Shown here: positions 24,126-35,533 of the stretch, piece by piece
Numbering within the stretch: position 1 is the first letter of the stretch
How the letters are laid out: each line of letters opens with the position of its first letter
NCBI GenBank assembly: GCA_963725105.1
Contig: CAVRXZ010000023.1
Span: 63,669 to 127,668 of the forward strand
Reading direction: 5' to 3'
Length of the DNA stretch: 64,000 nt
Source of the DNA: an uncultured Acidobacteriota bacterium
GTDB lineage: Bacteria > Acidobacteriota > Vicinamibacteria > Vicinamibacterales > CAVVIG01
Program-made: the position numbers and the translations under genes
Notes under the pieces: generated by a model
What the model was told of the DNA's origin: nothing
The model's input: only the letters and a program-made list of their open reading frames with translations
The model's database searches: none

Positions 24126-24160
24126 TTTTCCACAGACTTTTCCACAGAAACTGTGAGAAT
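24126..24160. promoter_or_regulatory. DnaA-box-like cluster in the divergent serA/mdh intergenic region
   Basis: TTTTCCACA at 24126 and 24138 (match TTWTNCACA); degenerate inverted TGTGAGAAT at 24152. Confidence 0.5.
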
Positions 24161-24235
24161 CGTCGGGAAGGCAATCGGGGGAGCTGACCTAAAGATTGGC
24201 GGCTCTCGGCGAGATCAGATCTGAGGAGCGCGAGT

Positions 24236-25166
<931 letters not shown>

Positions 25167-25175
25167 GCCGGACGA

Positions 25176-25926
25176 CTACTTCCCGGTCAACCAGATCGCT
25201 CTGACGTATTCGCGGGTCATCCGAGCGATGTTCGGCGATGGGGATCTCTTTGGGGCACACCGCTTCGCATTCGCCTTCGTTCGAACAGCTTCCAAAGCCT
25301 TCGGCGTCCGCCTGTTCGATCATCGCGACCACGCGTTGAGGGCGTTCGACCTGCCCCTGTGGCAGGGTGGCGAGGTGGGAAATCTTCGCGCTGACAAACA
25401 AGTGGGCCGAAGCGTTCTTGCAGGCGGCCACACAAGCTCCGCAGCCGATGCAGGCTGCCGAGTCCATCGCCACCTCAGCCATGTCCTTGGAGATGAGTAA
25501 GGAGTTCCCATCGGGCGCGCCTCCGCAATTAACGGACACGTAACCACCCGCCGCGATGATGCGGTCGAAGGCACTTCGATCGACAACGAGATCTTTCACG
25601 ATTGGAAACGCCTTGGCCCGCCAAGGCTCGACGGTGATCGTGTCGCCGTCCTTGAACCGACGCATGTGCAACTGGCAGACGGTGGTGCCTCGGTCCGGTC
25701 CATGGGGAACGCCGTTCACGACAAGACTGCACATGCCGCAGATCCCTTCCCGGCAGTCGGAGTCGAAGGCGATTGAGTCCTTCCCCTGTTTGACCAGCGT
25801 TTCGTTGATGACGTCGAGCATTTCGAGAAACGACATGTCTTCGGAGACGTCGCTCGCGGGAAAGTCCTCCAGCCGCCCGGGCTGATCGGGACCCGCCTGC
25901 CGCCAGATTCGAAGATTCAGCTTCAT
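25176..25926 (-). CDS. sdhB: Succinate dehydrogenase/fumarate reductase Fe-S subunit (probable frameshift near 3' end)
   Basis: [32 protein letters not shown]. Confidence 0.94.
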
Positions 25927-25935
25927 AGAACTGAT

Positions 25936-27849
25936 CTATTTGTAGCTTCTCTGCGTCGGATGCACTTCCTCGAAGCGGAGCGGTTCCTTGTAAAGTTCGG
26001 GTGCTCGACCTACGCCAGTGAACTGCCATGCCGCAACGTAGGTGAAGTTGTCATCGTCACGCAGCGCTTCGCCCTCCGGCGTCTGGCTCTCTTCCCGGAA
26101 GTGTCCACCGCACGACTCCCTGCGGTGAAGCGCATCGAGTGTGAGCAGTTCGGCGAATTCGAGATAGTCGGCCACTCGCCCGGCGTATTCGAGGCTTTGA
26201 TTCAGGTTGTTCGGAGTCCCAGGCACCGAAACGCTGTGCCAGAACTCCTCGCGCAACTTGGGAATCGCCTCGAGTGCACGGTGCAGACTGGTGTCGGTCC
26301 GTGCCATCCCCACGTCGTCCCACATGATCCGGCCAAGTTCGCGGTGGATTTCCCGGATCCCGCGGTTTCCTCTTATCGAAAGCAGTCGATCAATCCCCTT
26401 CTGAACGCTGTCAGCCGCTTCGCGAAACGCGTCGTGGTCTGTCGTGACTTTGGGCAGTTTCGTACCGGCGAGGTAGTCGCCAATCGTGTAGGGAATGATG
26501 AAATACCCGTCCGCCAGGCCCTGCATCAACGCGCTGGCGCCCAGCCGGTTCGCGCCGTGGTCAGAGAAGTTGGCTTCGCCCAGGACGTGCAGCCCGGGCA
26601 CCGTGCTCATCAGGTTGTAATCGACCCAGAGGCCACCCATCGTGTAGTGGATGGCAGGGTAGATGCGCATCGGCACGGTGTAGGGATCCTCATCCGTGAT
26701 CTTCTGATACATGTGGAAGAGGTTCCCGTATTTTTCCTTGATCGTTTCGCGGCCGAGACGTTCGATGGCTTCACGGAAGTCGAGGTACACCGCCAAGCCG
26801 CTGTCGCCCACTCCGCGACCGTCATCGCAGACCTGCTTCGCATTCCGAGACGCCACATCGCGGGGCACAAGGTTCCCAAAGCTGGGGTATTTGCGCTCGA
26901 GGTAGTAGTCGCGCTCGCCTTCGGGAATCTGTTCAGGCTTGCGCGTGTCGCCCTGCTTCTTGGGCACCCAAACCCTGCCATCATTCCTGAGACTTTCGCT
27001 CATGAGCGTCAGCTTCGACTGATGATCGCCCGTGACGGGGATGCAAGTCGGATGGATCTGCGTGAAGCACGGGTTCGCGAAGAGGGCGCCACGCTTATGG
27101 GCGCGCCATGCGGCGGTAACGTTGGAGTTCACCGCATTCGTCGAAAGGTAGTACGCCGTTCCGTATCCGCCGGTCGCAAGAATCACGGCGTCGGCGGCGT
27201 AGCGCTCGATTTCGCCGGTTACGAGGTTTCTCGTGATGATGCCTCGCGCCTGGCCATCGATAACCACAAGGTCCAGCATTTCCCTGCGGGCCAACACGCG
27301 GACTGCTCCGCTGTGGACCTGCCGCATCAGGGACTGGTAGGCGCCGAGCAGCAGTTGCTGGCCCGTTTGCCCGCGCGCGTAGAAGGTTCGGGATACTTGA
27401 GCCCCGCCGAAGGACCGATTGTCCAGAAGGCCGCCGTACTCGCGCGCGAACGGTACACCCTGGGCGACACACTGATCGATGATGTCGACGCTCAGCTGTG
27501 CCAGCCGATACACATTGGATTCCCGGGAGCGGTAATCGCCGCCCTTGACCGTGTCGTAGAAGAGGCGGTAGATGCTGTCGCCGTCGTTCTGATAGTTCTT
27601 GGCCGCATTGATTCCGCCCTGTGCTGCAATGCTGTGCGCCCGCCGGGGACTGTCCTGGATACAGAAGTTCAGGACCTTGTAGCCAAGCTCGCCAAGTGAC
27701 GCCGCCGCAGACGCGCCGGCAAGCCCCGTCCCGACGACGATCAGGGTGAACTTCCGCTTGTTCGCCGGGTTCACCAGCTTCATCTCGAACTTGTGGCGCT
27801 CCCACTTGGCCGCGATTGGGCCGCCCGGCTCCCGCGCATCCAGCTTCAT
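25936..27849 (-). CDS. sdhA: Succinate dehydrogenase/fumarate reductase flavoprotein
   Basis: [23 protein letters not shown]-His motif, HYTMGG, HGANRLG. Confidence 0.96.
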   Translation of the reverse strand: MKLDAREPGGPIAAKWERHKFEMKLVNPANKRKFTLIVVGTGLAGASAAASLGELGYKVLNFCIQDSPRRAHSIAAQGGINAAKNYQNDGDSIYRLFYDTVKGGDYRSRESNVYRLAQLSVDIIDQCVAQGVPFAREYGGLLDNRSFGGAQVSRTFYARGQTGQQLLLGAYQSLMRQVHSGAVRVLARREMLDLVVIDGQARGIITRNLVTGEIERYAADAVILATGGYGTAYYLSTNAVNSNVTAAWRAHKRGALFANPCFTQIHPTCIPVTGDHQSKLTLMSESLRNDGRVWVPKKQGDTRKPEQIPEGERDYYLERKYPSFGNLVPRDVASRNAKQVCDDGRGVGDSGLAVYLDFREAIERLGRETIKEKYGNLFHMYQKITDEDPYTVPMRIYPAIHYTMGGLWVDYNLMSTVPGLHVLGEANFSDHGANRLGASALMQGLADGYFIIPYTIGDYLAGTKLPKVTTDHDAFREAADSVQKGIDRLLSIRGNRGIREIHRELGRIMWDDVGMARTDTSLHRALEAIPKLREEFWHSVSVPGTPNNLNQSLEYAGRVADYLEFAELLTLDALHRRESCGGHFREESQTPEGEALRDDDNFTYVAAWQFTGVGRAPELYKEPLRFEEVHPTQRSYK

Positions 27850-28523
27850 GACCGCGCTCCCACGAAATGGGCCCAGACGGCAATCACGATAAAGCCGCCA
27901 GCGATGAGCACCGCGAGGACCTTGCCTGCCACGAGCACGCGCGGCGTCCAGCGCGGCGCCGAAACACCCAGCGACTGAACCGCGCTGGCCACACCATGCC
28001 ACAAGTGAGATCCGACGATGAGCATGCTGAGGACGTAGAAAACCACGAGCAACGGGTTGCTGAAGTTCTCCATTTCGACGCGATAAAGATCGTTGACCCC
28101 TTCGGTGCCGGGCGCCGGGTACTCAGGGCCGAACTTGAAGGCCTTCACGTGGATAACCACAAAAGCCAGAAGCCAGAGGCCCGAGACGATCATGGTGGAA
28201 GAGGCCAGGGTCTTTCGGCTGGGCGGACCGGCTGGCCGTTTCTTCGCGTAACGGACCGGGCGCGCCCTCTGGTTCGCCAGGTACATCGCCACCGTCCGCA
28301 AGATATGGAGAACGAACGCGATAAGGAGGACAACTTCGATCAGCTTGATGATCGGATTGCCGCCCAGCGCCTGCGAATAGCGGTTGAACGTGTTCGGCCC
28401 GAGGAACACGACCAGATTGCCCGCGATATGAATGACGAGATAGACGACGAGGAAAAGCCCCGTTGTTCCTATCAAAAGCTTCGTGCCGATGGAGGAACCG
28501 AGCGCACGCAAGCGTGGGGGCAT
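27846..28523 (-). CDS. sdhC: Succinate dehydrogenase cytochrome b subunit (single 5-TM anchor)
   Basis: [13 protein letters not shown], conserved His in TM helices, HLWHG. Confidence 0.9.
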   Translation of the reverse strand: MPPRLRALGSSIGTKLLIGTTGLFLVVYLVIHIAGNLVVFLGPNTFNRYSQALGGNPIIKLIEVVLLIAFVLHILRTVAMYLANQRARPVRYAKKRPAGPPSRKTLASSTMIVSGLWLLAFVVIHVKAFKFGPEYPAPGTEGVNDLYRVEMENFSNPLLVVFYVLSMLIVGSHLWHGVASAVQSLGVSAPRWTPRVLVAGKVLAVLIAGGFIVIAVWAHFVGARS

Positions 28524-28603
28524 GTGGCTGAGATTCTATATTAGCGCACGCTTGCACATTGACGACTTCATCGGGAGCCGAGTACCATCAGTTGTTTGTA
28601 GCC

Positions 28604-29761
28604 ATGAAGATTCACGAGTACCAAGCGAAGAGCATTCTCGCGCGTCACGGAGTGCCGGTACCGAGGGGTGAAGTTGCGTTCAATGCCTCGGAAGCGGGGG
28701 CAATCGCACGTCGTCTTGGTGGTGTGGTTGTCGTCAAGGCACAGATTCATGCCGGCGGCCGTGGCAAAGGCGGCGGCGTGAAGCTTGCGAAGTCGGCGGA
28801 AGAGGCAGAGAAGATTGCGTCCGACATGATTGGCATGACGCTCGTAACGCATCAGACGGGTCCGGCAGGGCGAGTCGTGTCGCGTGTCCTGGTGGAAGAA
28901 GGCCTGCAGATGACGCGCGAGCTGTATGTGGGCATCGTGCTCGACCGTGCCATCGGGAAGCCGGTCGTGATGGCGAGTGCCGCCGGTGGAATGGACATTG
29001 AAGAAGTAGCCGCCAAGACACCTGAGAAGATCACGAAGGTGTCGGTGGAACCTGGAGTTGGCCTGGTTCCTTTCGAGGGCCGGCAGTTGGGGTTTGCGAT
29101 GGGGCTGGACGGTCCCCAGGTTAACAAGGTGGTGCCGTTGCTGACGGCGCTCTACGAGGCCTACGTCTCGAGCGATGCGACGCTCGTCGAGATCAATCCG
29201 CTGGTCGTGACCGCAGCGGGCGACCTCCTCGCGCTCGATGCCAAGATGAGTTTCGACGACAACGCCCTCTATCGGCACGCCGATATCCGGGAGTTTCGGG
29301 ATTTGGGTGAAGAAGACCCCCTGGAAATCGAGGCCTCCAAGTTCTCACTGAATTACATCCACCTCGACGGCAACATCGGATGCATGGTCAATGGCGCTGG
29401 CCTCGCAATGGCGACGATGGACATCATCAAGCTTGCGGGTGGCGAGCCGGCCAACTTCCTCGATGTTGGCGGCGGAGCGAACGCCGATCAGATACGGAAC
29501 GCATTCAAGATCCTGATGTCCGACAAGAACGTCAAGGCGGTGTTGATCAATATTTTCGGCGGGATTCTGCGATGCGATGTCCTGGCCCAGGGGGTGATCG
29601 CCGCCGTGAAGGAGCTGGGTGTGCCTGTTCCGATTGTCATCCGCATGGAAGGGACCAACGTCGAAGAAGGCAAGCGCCTGCTGGCGCAGAGCGGCATGAA
29701 CTTCGCGACGGCCGACAGCATGGGAGAAGCAGCGGCGAAAGTTGTTCAGCTGACACGCTGA
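28604..29761 (+). CDS. sucC: Succinyl-CoA ligase beta subunit
   Basis: [43 protein letters not shown]. Confidence 0.97.
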   Translation: MKIHEYQAKSILARHGVPVPRGEVAFNASEAGAIARRLGGVVVVKAQIHAGGRGKGGGVKLAKSAEEAEKIASDMIGMTLVTHQTGPAGRVVSRVLVEEGLQMTRELYVGIVLDRAIGKPVVMASAAGGMDIEEVAAKTPEKITKVSVEPGVGLVPFEGRQLGFAMGLDGPQVNKVVPLLTALYEAYVSSDATLVEINPLVVTAAGDLLALDAKMSFDDNALYRHADIREFRDLGEEDPLEIEASKFSLNYIHLDGNIGCMVNGAGLAMATMDIIKLAGGEPANFLDVGGGANADQIRNAFKILMSDKNVKAVLINIFGGILRCDVLAQGVIAAVKELGVPVPIVIRMEGTNVEEGKRLLAQSGMNFATADSMGEAAAKVVQLTR

Positions 29762-29780
29762 ACGACCATTTTCATGATCT

Positions 29781-30650
29781 ATGTCCGTACTTATTGACAA
29801 GTCGACTCGGTTAATCGTGCAGGGATTGACGGGCCGTGAAGGCACGTTCCACGCAAAGCAGGCGGCTGCTTATGGAACGACGGTCGTCGGAGGGGTCACG
29901 CCGGGGAAGGGCGGAATGACCCACGAAGGGTGGCCTATTTTCGACACCGTGCACGACGCGGTCAAGAACACGGGCGCCAATGCGTCGGTCATCTTCGTTC
30001 CGCCCGCGTTTGCCGCTGACGCTGTAATGGAGGCCGCCGACGCCGGGCTGGCGCTCGCGGTCTGCATCACGGAGGGGATTCCGACGCTCGACATGATGCG
30101 GGCGTTCACCTTCCTGAAGGCCCGGTCGATGCGCCTGGTTGGGCCAAACTGCCCCGGTCTCATTTCGCCGGGCAAGGCGAAGGCGGGGATCATCCCCGGC
30201 CACATTTGCATGGAAGGCCGTGTCGGCATCGTGTCAAAGAGCGGCACGTTGACCTACGAAGCGATCCATCAACTGACGCGGCTAGGGCTTGGTCAAACAA
30301 CTTGTATCGGTATTGGCGGCGATCCCCTGATCGGCACTTCCTTTATTGATGCGTTCAAGTTGTTTGCGGGCGATGGCGATACCGAGGCCGTTGTGATGAT
30401 TGGCGAGATTGGCGGGACCGCCGAGGAGGAGGCCGCCACCTACATCAAGCGAAACTTCAAGAAGCCGGTCGTCGGCTTTATTGCGGGGCAGACCGCGCCC
30501 CCCGGTCGACGGATGGGCCACGCCGGTGCCATCATTTCCGGAGGGACTGGAACGGCTGCCGAGAAGATGGCCGCGCTGGCTGACGCCGGCGTCAAGGTAG
30601 TGAAGAGTCCCGCAGATATGGGAAAGGCGATTCACGACCTGCTCACCTAA
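29781..30650 (+). CDS. sucD: Succinyl-CoA ligase alpha subunit
   Basis: [27 protein letters not shown]. Confidence 0.97.
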   Translation: MSVLIDKSTRLIVQGLTGREGTFHAKQAAAYGTTVVGGVTPGKGGMTHEGWPIFDTVHDAVKNTGANASVIFVPPAFAADAVMEAADAGLALAVCITEGIPTLDMMRAFTFLKARSMRLVGPNCPGLISPGKAKAGIIPGHICMEGRVGIVSKSGTLTYEAIHQLTRLGLGQTTCIGIGGDPLIGTSFIDAFKLFAGDGDTEAVVMIGEIGGTAEEEAATYIKRNFKKPVVGFIAGQTAPPGRRMGHAGAIISGGTGTAAEKMAALADAGVKVVKSPADMGKAIHDLLT

Positions 30651-30753
30651 CCCGGGTAATTCGTAGCGCGTGTTATACTTGCCTAGATCCCCTACCTCGG
30701 AATATCCGTTCGGGGACCTCCTCATATAAGTCAAATGTTCTAGGGAATCGCGA

Positions 30754-32643
30754 ATGTCACCGACCGACTCTGCCGTACAGGAACAACAAACCTCAGCCAG
30801 TCGCCAGCGTGTCGTCAACGACTTCAGCATTCAGGTGGCCACCGTCAACGGCTCCGGCAGCCAGACCGCCAACCTGGTGCTCCTCAGGTCGATCCTCCTC
30901 ATGGGCGTGCCCGTTTCCGGCAAGAACATGTTTCCCTCCAATATTGCTGGCCTTCCTACCTGGTACACCATTCGGGCCAGCAAGCGCGGCTATGTCGCCC
31001 GAAAGAAGGAAGTCGATTTTCTCGTGGCCATGAACGCCGAGACGGCCAAGGAAGACGTGCTCACACTGGACCCGGGCGCAGCGGTCGTGTACGACGAACC
31101 ACTCAAGCTCAGCAACCTGCGTTCGGACCTGGTGTTCTATCCGGTTCCGTTCGACAAGCTCGTGGCTCCCGTCTGTCCGGATGCCAAGTTGCGCCGACTT
31201 GTGCGCAACATGATTTACGACGGCATTCTGGCGAAGCTGCTCGGTATCGACCTGGACCTGATGGAACAGGCGCTTGCGAAACAGCTCGGCAAGAAGGCCA
31301 AGGCGGTGATCCTGAACCAGGGCGCGCTCAAAGCTGGCTGGGACTACGCCGAAGCGAACCTCCCAAAGAAGGACCCGTTCACGATCGCGCGGATGAACGC
31401 CACGGCCGGGAAGATTCTCATCGAAGGTAATTCCGCCGCTGCCATCGGCTGCCTGATGGCCGGCGTGACCGTTGTCGCCTGGTATCCGATTACGCCGTCG
31501 TCATCGCTTTGCGAGTCGCTCATCACGTACATGAAGAAGTACCGGGTGGACAAGGCGACGGGGAAAGCGACGTTCGCCATCGTTCAGGCGGAAGACGAGA
31601 TCGCTTCACTCGGAATGGTAATTGGAGCCAGCTGGGCCGGCGCCCGTTCCATGACTGCCACTGCGGGCCCCGGCATTTCGCTGATGTCCGAATTCGCCGG
31701 CCTCGCGTACTACGCGGAGGCACCGGCCGTGATATTCGATGTTCAACGGGTTGGGCCGTCGACCGGACTTCCGACCCGGACCGCGCAGGGCGACCTCCTC
31801 TCAGCGGCATTCCTGTCGCATGGCGACACCAAACACATCATGCTGATGCCCTCGTCGGTCGAAGAGGCGTACTCGATGGCCCAGGAGGCCTTCGACCTGG
31901 CCGAGCACTTCCAGACGCCGGTGTTTGTGATGATGGACCTCGACCTTGGCATGAACAACTGGATGTCGGACGGTTTCAAGTATCCGGACAAGCCGATTCG
32001 CCGTGGCAAGCTGTTGACTGCGGAGAAGCTCAAGCAACTGGGCGAGTGGGGACGTTACAAGGACGTAGACGGCGATGGCATCCCGTATCGGACGATTCCC
32101 GGTGACGGCCTGCCGGTGTATTTCGCACGCGGGTCCGGCCACAACGCACGCGGCCAGTACAGCGAGCGCCCAGACGACTACGTGGAGAACATGGACCGGC
32201 TTGCACGGAAGTTCGAGACGGCCCGCAAGTGGGTACCGAAACCGGAAATCCACGCTGTCGCCGGCGCGCGGATGGGCTTCATCGGATTCGGCACGTCGCA
32301 TTGGGCCATCGAGGAGAGCCGCGATCAGCTTCGCGAGGAGACGGACCTCAACGTGTCGTATTTCCGGCTGCGTGCCTACCCGTTCACGCCGGAACTGGCC
32401 GCGTTTCTTGATGGCCACGACCGCGTCTACGTCATCGAGCAGAATCGCGACGGGCAGCTCCTGCAGTTGATGAAGCTGGAGCTCACGCCTGAACGGCAGA
32501 CGAAGTTGCGCAGTGTGCGGCACTACAACGGTCTGCCGATCGATGCCCGCAGCATCAGCGACGAGGTGTTGTCGCAGGAAGGCTTTGAAGTGGCGAAGAA
32601 GGCGAACCATGTTCCCGGCGCTGGAATGACCGGGGGAGAATAG
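30754..32643 (+). CDS. korA: 2-oxoacid:ferredoxin oxidoreductase alpha (gamma-alpha fusion)
   Basis: YPITPSS, QAEDEIA, GPGISLM, RVGPSTGLPT. Confidence 0.9.
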   Translation: MSPTDSAVQEQQTSASRQRVVNDFSIQVATVNGSGSQTANLVLLRSILLMGVPVSGKNMFPSNIAGLPTWYTIRASKRGYVARKKEVDFLVAMNAETAKEDVLTLDPGAAVVYDEPLKLSNLRSDLVFYPVPFDKLVAPVCPDAKLRRLVRNMIYDGILAKLLGIDLDLMEQALAKQLGKKAKAVILNQGALKAGWDYAEANLPKKDPFTIARMNATAGKILIEGNSAAAIGCLMAGVTVVAWYPITPSSSLCESLITYMKKYRVDKATGKATFAIVQAEDEIASLGMVIGASWAGARSMTATAGPGISLMSEFAGLAYYAEAPAVIFDVQRVGPSTGLPTRTAQGDLLSAAFLSHGDTKHIMLMPSSVEEAYSMAQEAFDLAEHFQTPVFVMMDLDLGMNNWMSDGFKYPDKPIRRGKLLTAEKLKQLGEWGRYKDVDGDGIPYRTIPGDGLPVYFARGSGHNARGQYSERPDDYVENMDRLARKFETARKWVPKPEIHAVAGARMGFIGFGTSHWAIEESRDQLREETDLNVSYFRLRAYPFTPELAAFLDGHDRVYVIEQNRDGQLLQLMKLELTPERQTKLRSVRHYNGLPIDARSISDEVLSQEGFEVAKKANHVPGAGMTGGE

Positions 32644-32652
32644 CCTTCGACG

Positions 32653-32700
32653 TTGGCGAATTGGCGGGTTGGTGATTTGGCGAGTTTGTGAATTGGGAGA
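32653..32700. repeat. 8-mer tandem array (TTGGYGNN x6)
   Basis: TTGGCGAA TTGGCGGG TTGGTGAT TTGGCGAG TTTGTGAA TTGGGAGA. Confidence 0.9.
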
Positions 32701-32718
32701 GCGAGAGCTGAAACGACT

Positions 32719-33744
32719 ATGGCTGCAATGAAGGTGAATCGGATCGGGTTGGAACCGCAGGTTTACAAAGGCGGCAAGACGACTCTGTGTGCCGGTTGCG
32801 GACACAATGCTATTTCAGAGCGCATCATCGATGCGTTTTTTGAGATGGGCGTGGATCCGAAGCACGTCATCAAACTCTCCGGCATCGGCTGCTCGAGCAA
32901 GAGCCCGGCGTACTTTCTCGGTGGTTCGCACGGGTTCAACGCCGTGCACGGTCGCATGCCGTCCGTCGGCACCGGAGCCATGCTGGCGAACCAGAAGCTC
33001 ATCGCCATTGGCATCAGCGGCGACGGCGACACGGGCGCGATCGGGATCGGTCAATTCGCCCATTTGATGCGTCGCAACCTGCCGATCATCTACATCATCG
33101 AAGACAACGGCTGCTACGGTCTGACCAAGGGCCAATTCTCTCCGACCGCCGACCTCGGCTCCAAGCTCAAGACCGGTGTCGTCAACGATCTGCCACCGCT
33201 CGATACGTGCGCACTGGCGATTGAGCTCGGTGCAACGTTCGTCGCCCGCTCGTTTTCCGGGGACAAGAAACAGCTCCTCGCCCTGCTGAAAGCGGCGCTG
33301 GCACATCGCGGTACGGTCATGCTCGACGTCCTGTCGCCGTGCGTGACGTTCAACGACCACGAGGGCTCGACAAAGAGCTATTCCTATGTCAAGGACCACG
33401 ATGAGCCTCTGGAGGAAGTGAGCTTCGTCCCCTACTTCGAAGACATTACGGTCGAGTACGATCCCGGCTCGACTCAGCAAGTGACGATGCACGATGGGTC
33501 GAAGCTGCTGTTGCGGAAGCTGGAAGAGGCCTACGATCCCACCGACAAGATCGCGGCGCTGCGTCGGCTGCACGAAACCGCCCGCCGGGGCGAGTTTGCC
33601 ACCGGCCTGATCTACATCGAGCCCGATCGCGACGATTTCCTGACACTGCTGAACGTCGTCGACGAACCGCTCGCGACGTTGCCGCTGGACAGGGTCCGCC
33701 CGGGACCAGAGGCGCTCGAGGAGATCATGGAAGGCCTTCGGTAG
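32719..33744 (+). CDS. korB: 2-oxoacid:ferredoxin oxidoreductase beta
   Basis: LCAGCGH, SGIGCSS, HGR, GDGD TPP motif, YGLTKGQFSPT, SPCVTFN. Confidence 0.92.
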   Translation: MAAMKVNRIGLEPQVYKGGKTTLCAGCGHNAISERIIDAFFEMGVDPKHVIKLSGIGCSSKSPAYFLGGSHGFNAVHGRMPSVGTGAMLANQKLIAIGISGDGDTGAIGIGQFAHLMRRNLPIIYIIEDNGCYGLTKGQFSPTADLGSKLKTGVVNDLPPLDTCALAIELGATFVARSFSGDKKQLLALLKAALAHRGTVMLDVLSPCVTFNDHEGSTKSYSYVKDHDEPLEEVSFVPYFEDITVEYDPGSTQQVTMHDGSKLLLRKLEEAYDPTDKIAALRRLHETARRGEFATGLIYIEPDRDDFLTLLNVVDEPLATLPLDRVRPGPEALEEIMEGLR

Positions 33745-33748
33745 GAAA

Positions 33749-33804
33749 TTGGTGAGTTGGCGAATTGGCGGGTTGGTGAATTGGCGTGTTGGTGACCTAG
33801 CGAT
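33749..33804. repeat. 8-mer tandem array, left arm of the four-helix-bundle cassette
   Basis: TTGGTGAG TTGGCGAA TTGGCGGG TTGGTGAA TTGGCGTG TTGGTGAC CTAGCGAT. Confidence 0.92.
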
Positions 33805-33807
33805 TGT

Positions 33808-34184
33808 TCATACGGCGGCGGATTTTCCCGCGCAGTCCGGTGAGACTTCGAGAGGATGGCCAGGATCGCTCGGGCCTCCTCGTCAGCGTTGCATCAGCGT
33901 GGTCAGCCTTCCGTCGTCTGCCGAGGTTGCCCTTCGTCGGATTAGCAGCAGCCAGAACAACGTTTCGTCGGCCTCCTCTACAGCGACCCCAAGTTTCGCG
34001 ACGAACTCTCGGTGTGAACGGGCCCGACAGGCTGCGCGGTAATTGGCGGCCACGCCGGTGCCTGCGCGAAGGAGTTGGCGGCCGAGCTGCGTGAACCCCA
34101 GACGTCGGGCAGATCTCTGGAAAAGGTCACGATCGCGAGCGCCAATCGGAACGTGCGATCACGAAGCTCTTCGGCGATCGTCAC
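33808..34184 (-). CDS. Four-helix-bundle protein (23S rRNA IVS-protein/TIGR02436-like; frameshifted, end approximate)
   Basis: Manual translation across frames: MTIAEELRDRTFRLALAIVTFSRDLP / LGRQLLRAGTGVAANYRAACRARSHREFVAKLGVAVEEADETLFWLLLI / EEARAILAILSKSHRTAREN. Confidence 0.88.
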
Positions 34185-34195
34185 GCCGTCGATTT

Positions 34196-34211
34196 TGCAC
34201 GCAACGTGCCG
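34196..34211 (-). promoter_or_regulatory. Putative sigma54 -24/-12 promoter
   Basis: Minus strand CGGCACGTTGCGTGCA = GG-N10-GC with GGCACG; about 12 nt before the GTG at 34184. Confidence 0.55.
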
Positions 34212-34232
34212 AGGCCGCTGCCACCGGAACCG

Positions 34233-34272
34233 TATACGAAATCACGAACTGACCAAGCCGCCAAGTCACCAA
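34233..34272. repeat. 8-mer tandem array, right arm (inverted relative to 33749)
   Basis: TATACGAA ATCACGAA CTGACCAA GCCGCCAA GTCACCAA; reverse complement begins TTGGTGAC TTGGCGGC TTGGTCAG. Confidence 0.85.
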
Positions 34273-34324
34273 CGGCAGATTCTTCAACCGTCATTGGGTC
34301 CTCGGTTGGTATAATTCGCGTCTC

Positions 34325-34741
34325 ATGGCAGAACGCACGCTCGCGATCATCAAGCCGGACGCCGTCGCAGGTCGCCTGACGGGTCGGATCATTCAGCGAA
34401 TTGAAGAGGGCGGCTTCGAGATTCGTGCCATGCGGCTGATGCGCATGACGAAGCGAGAAGCGGAAGGCTTTTACGCCGTTCATCGGGCTCGCCCCTTTTT
34501 TGGCAGCCTGACAGAATTCATGTCATCGGGTCCCGCCGTGGCGATGGTGCTCGAGGCGCCGGACGCCATCAAGGCGTGGCGGACGCTGATGGGGGCGACG
34601 GACCCGGCGAAAGCGGACGCCGGGACGCTGCGGCGCGAGTTTGCGGAGTCGATCGAGCGGAACGCGACGCACGGCTCTGACGGACCCGACACGGCGGCCT
34701 ACGAGATCGGGTATTTCTTTGCCGGGGTCGACCTGGCGTGA
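34325..34741 (+). CDS. ndk: Nucleoside diphosphate kinase
   Basis: ERTLAIIKPDAV, MGATDP, NATHGSD. Confidence 0.97.
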   Translation: MAERTLAIIKPDAVAGRLTGRIIQRIEEGGFEIRAMRLMRMTKREAEGFYAVHRARPFFGSLTEFMSSGPAVAMVLEAPDAIKAWRTLMGATDPAKADAGTLRREFAESIERNATHGSDGPDTAAYEIGYFFAGVDLA

Positions 34742-34771
34742 CGCGCTCGCGGTAAGCGGCGCCTGAAGGGG

Positions 34772-34966
34772 ATGGGCAAGCTGCTCGTCGTCGTCGGCTT
34801 GGGCATCACGGCCATCGGGCTGCTGGTGATGTTCGGGGTGCCGGTGGGTCGCCTGCCCGGCGACTTCTACGTGCGCCGCGGCAATTTCAGCTTCTACTTT
34901 CCACTGGCCACCTCGATTATCTTGAGTATTCTCCTCACACTCGTTCTCACGCTGTTTCGACGCTGA
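34772..34966 (+). CDS. DUF2905-like small membrane protein
   Basis: GRLPGDF..NFSFYFPLATSIILS motif. Confidence 0.85.
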   Translation: MGKLLVVVGLGITAIGLLVMFGVPVGRLPGDFYVRRGNFSFYFPLATSIILSILLTLVLTLFRR

Positions 34967-34969
34967 CCT

Positions 34970-35524
34970 ATGGCTATCAAATCCGACAAGTGGATTGCAC
35001 GCATGGCGCTGGAGCACCGGATGATCGACCCGTTCGTCCAGAACCAGGTGCGCGCCGGTGTCATTTCGTACGGACTGTCATCCTACGGGTACGACATCCG
35101 CGTGGCCGACGAGTTCAAGGTTTTCACGAACATCAACAACACCGTCATCGACCCGAAGTCGTTCGATCCGCGTTCGTTTGTGGATCTGAAGACTGACGTG
35201 TGCATCGTGCCGCCAAATTCGTTTGCGCTCGCGCGGACGGTGGAGTATTTCCGGATCCCGAGGGACGTGCTGACGGTCTGCCTGGGCAAGTCGACCTATG
35301 CCCGCTGCGGCATCATCGTGAATGTGACGCCGTTTGAGCCCGAGTGGGAAGGCACAGCCACGCTCGAGATATCGAACACGACCCCGTTGCCGGCCAAGAT
35401 CTACGCCAACGAAGGGATCGCCCAGGTGCTGTTCTTCCAGAGCGACGAGCCGTGCCTCACGTCGTATCGTGACAAGAAGGGCAAGTACCAGGCGCAGCTC
35501 GAGGTGACGCTTCCAAAGATCTGA
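34970..35524 (+). CDS. dcd: dCTP deaminase
   Basis: [35 protein letters not shown]. Confidence 0.96.
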   Translation: MAIKSDKWIARMALEHRMIDPFVQNQVRAGVISYGLSSYGYDIRVADEFKVFTNINNTVIDPKSFDPRSFVDLKTDVCIVPPNSFALARTVEYFRIPRDVLTVCLGKSTYARCGIIVNVTPFEPEWEGTATLEISNTTPLPAKIYANEGIAQVLFFQSDEPCLTSYRDKKGKYQAQLEVTLPKI

Positions 35525-35533
35525 GGGCGAGCA

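Noticed and set aside
24000..24235. oriC
   Set aside because: Only 2-3 boxes, no clear AT-rich unwinding element, and no dnaA/dnaN/gidA context.
33749..34272. Diversity-generating retroelement or IS element
   Set aside because: Avd-like fold only; no reverse transcriptase, TR/VR pair, transposase or clear target-site duplication in the window.
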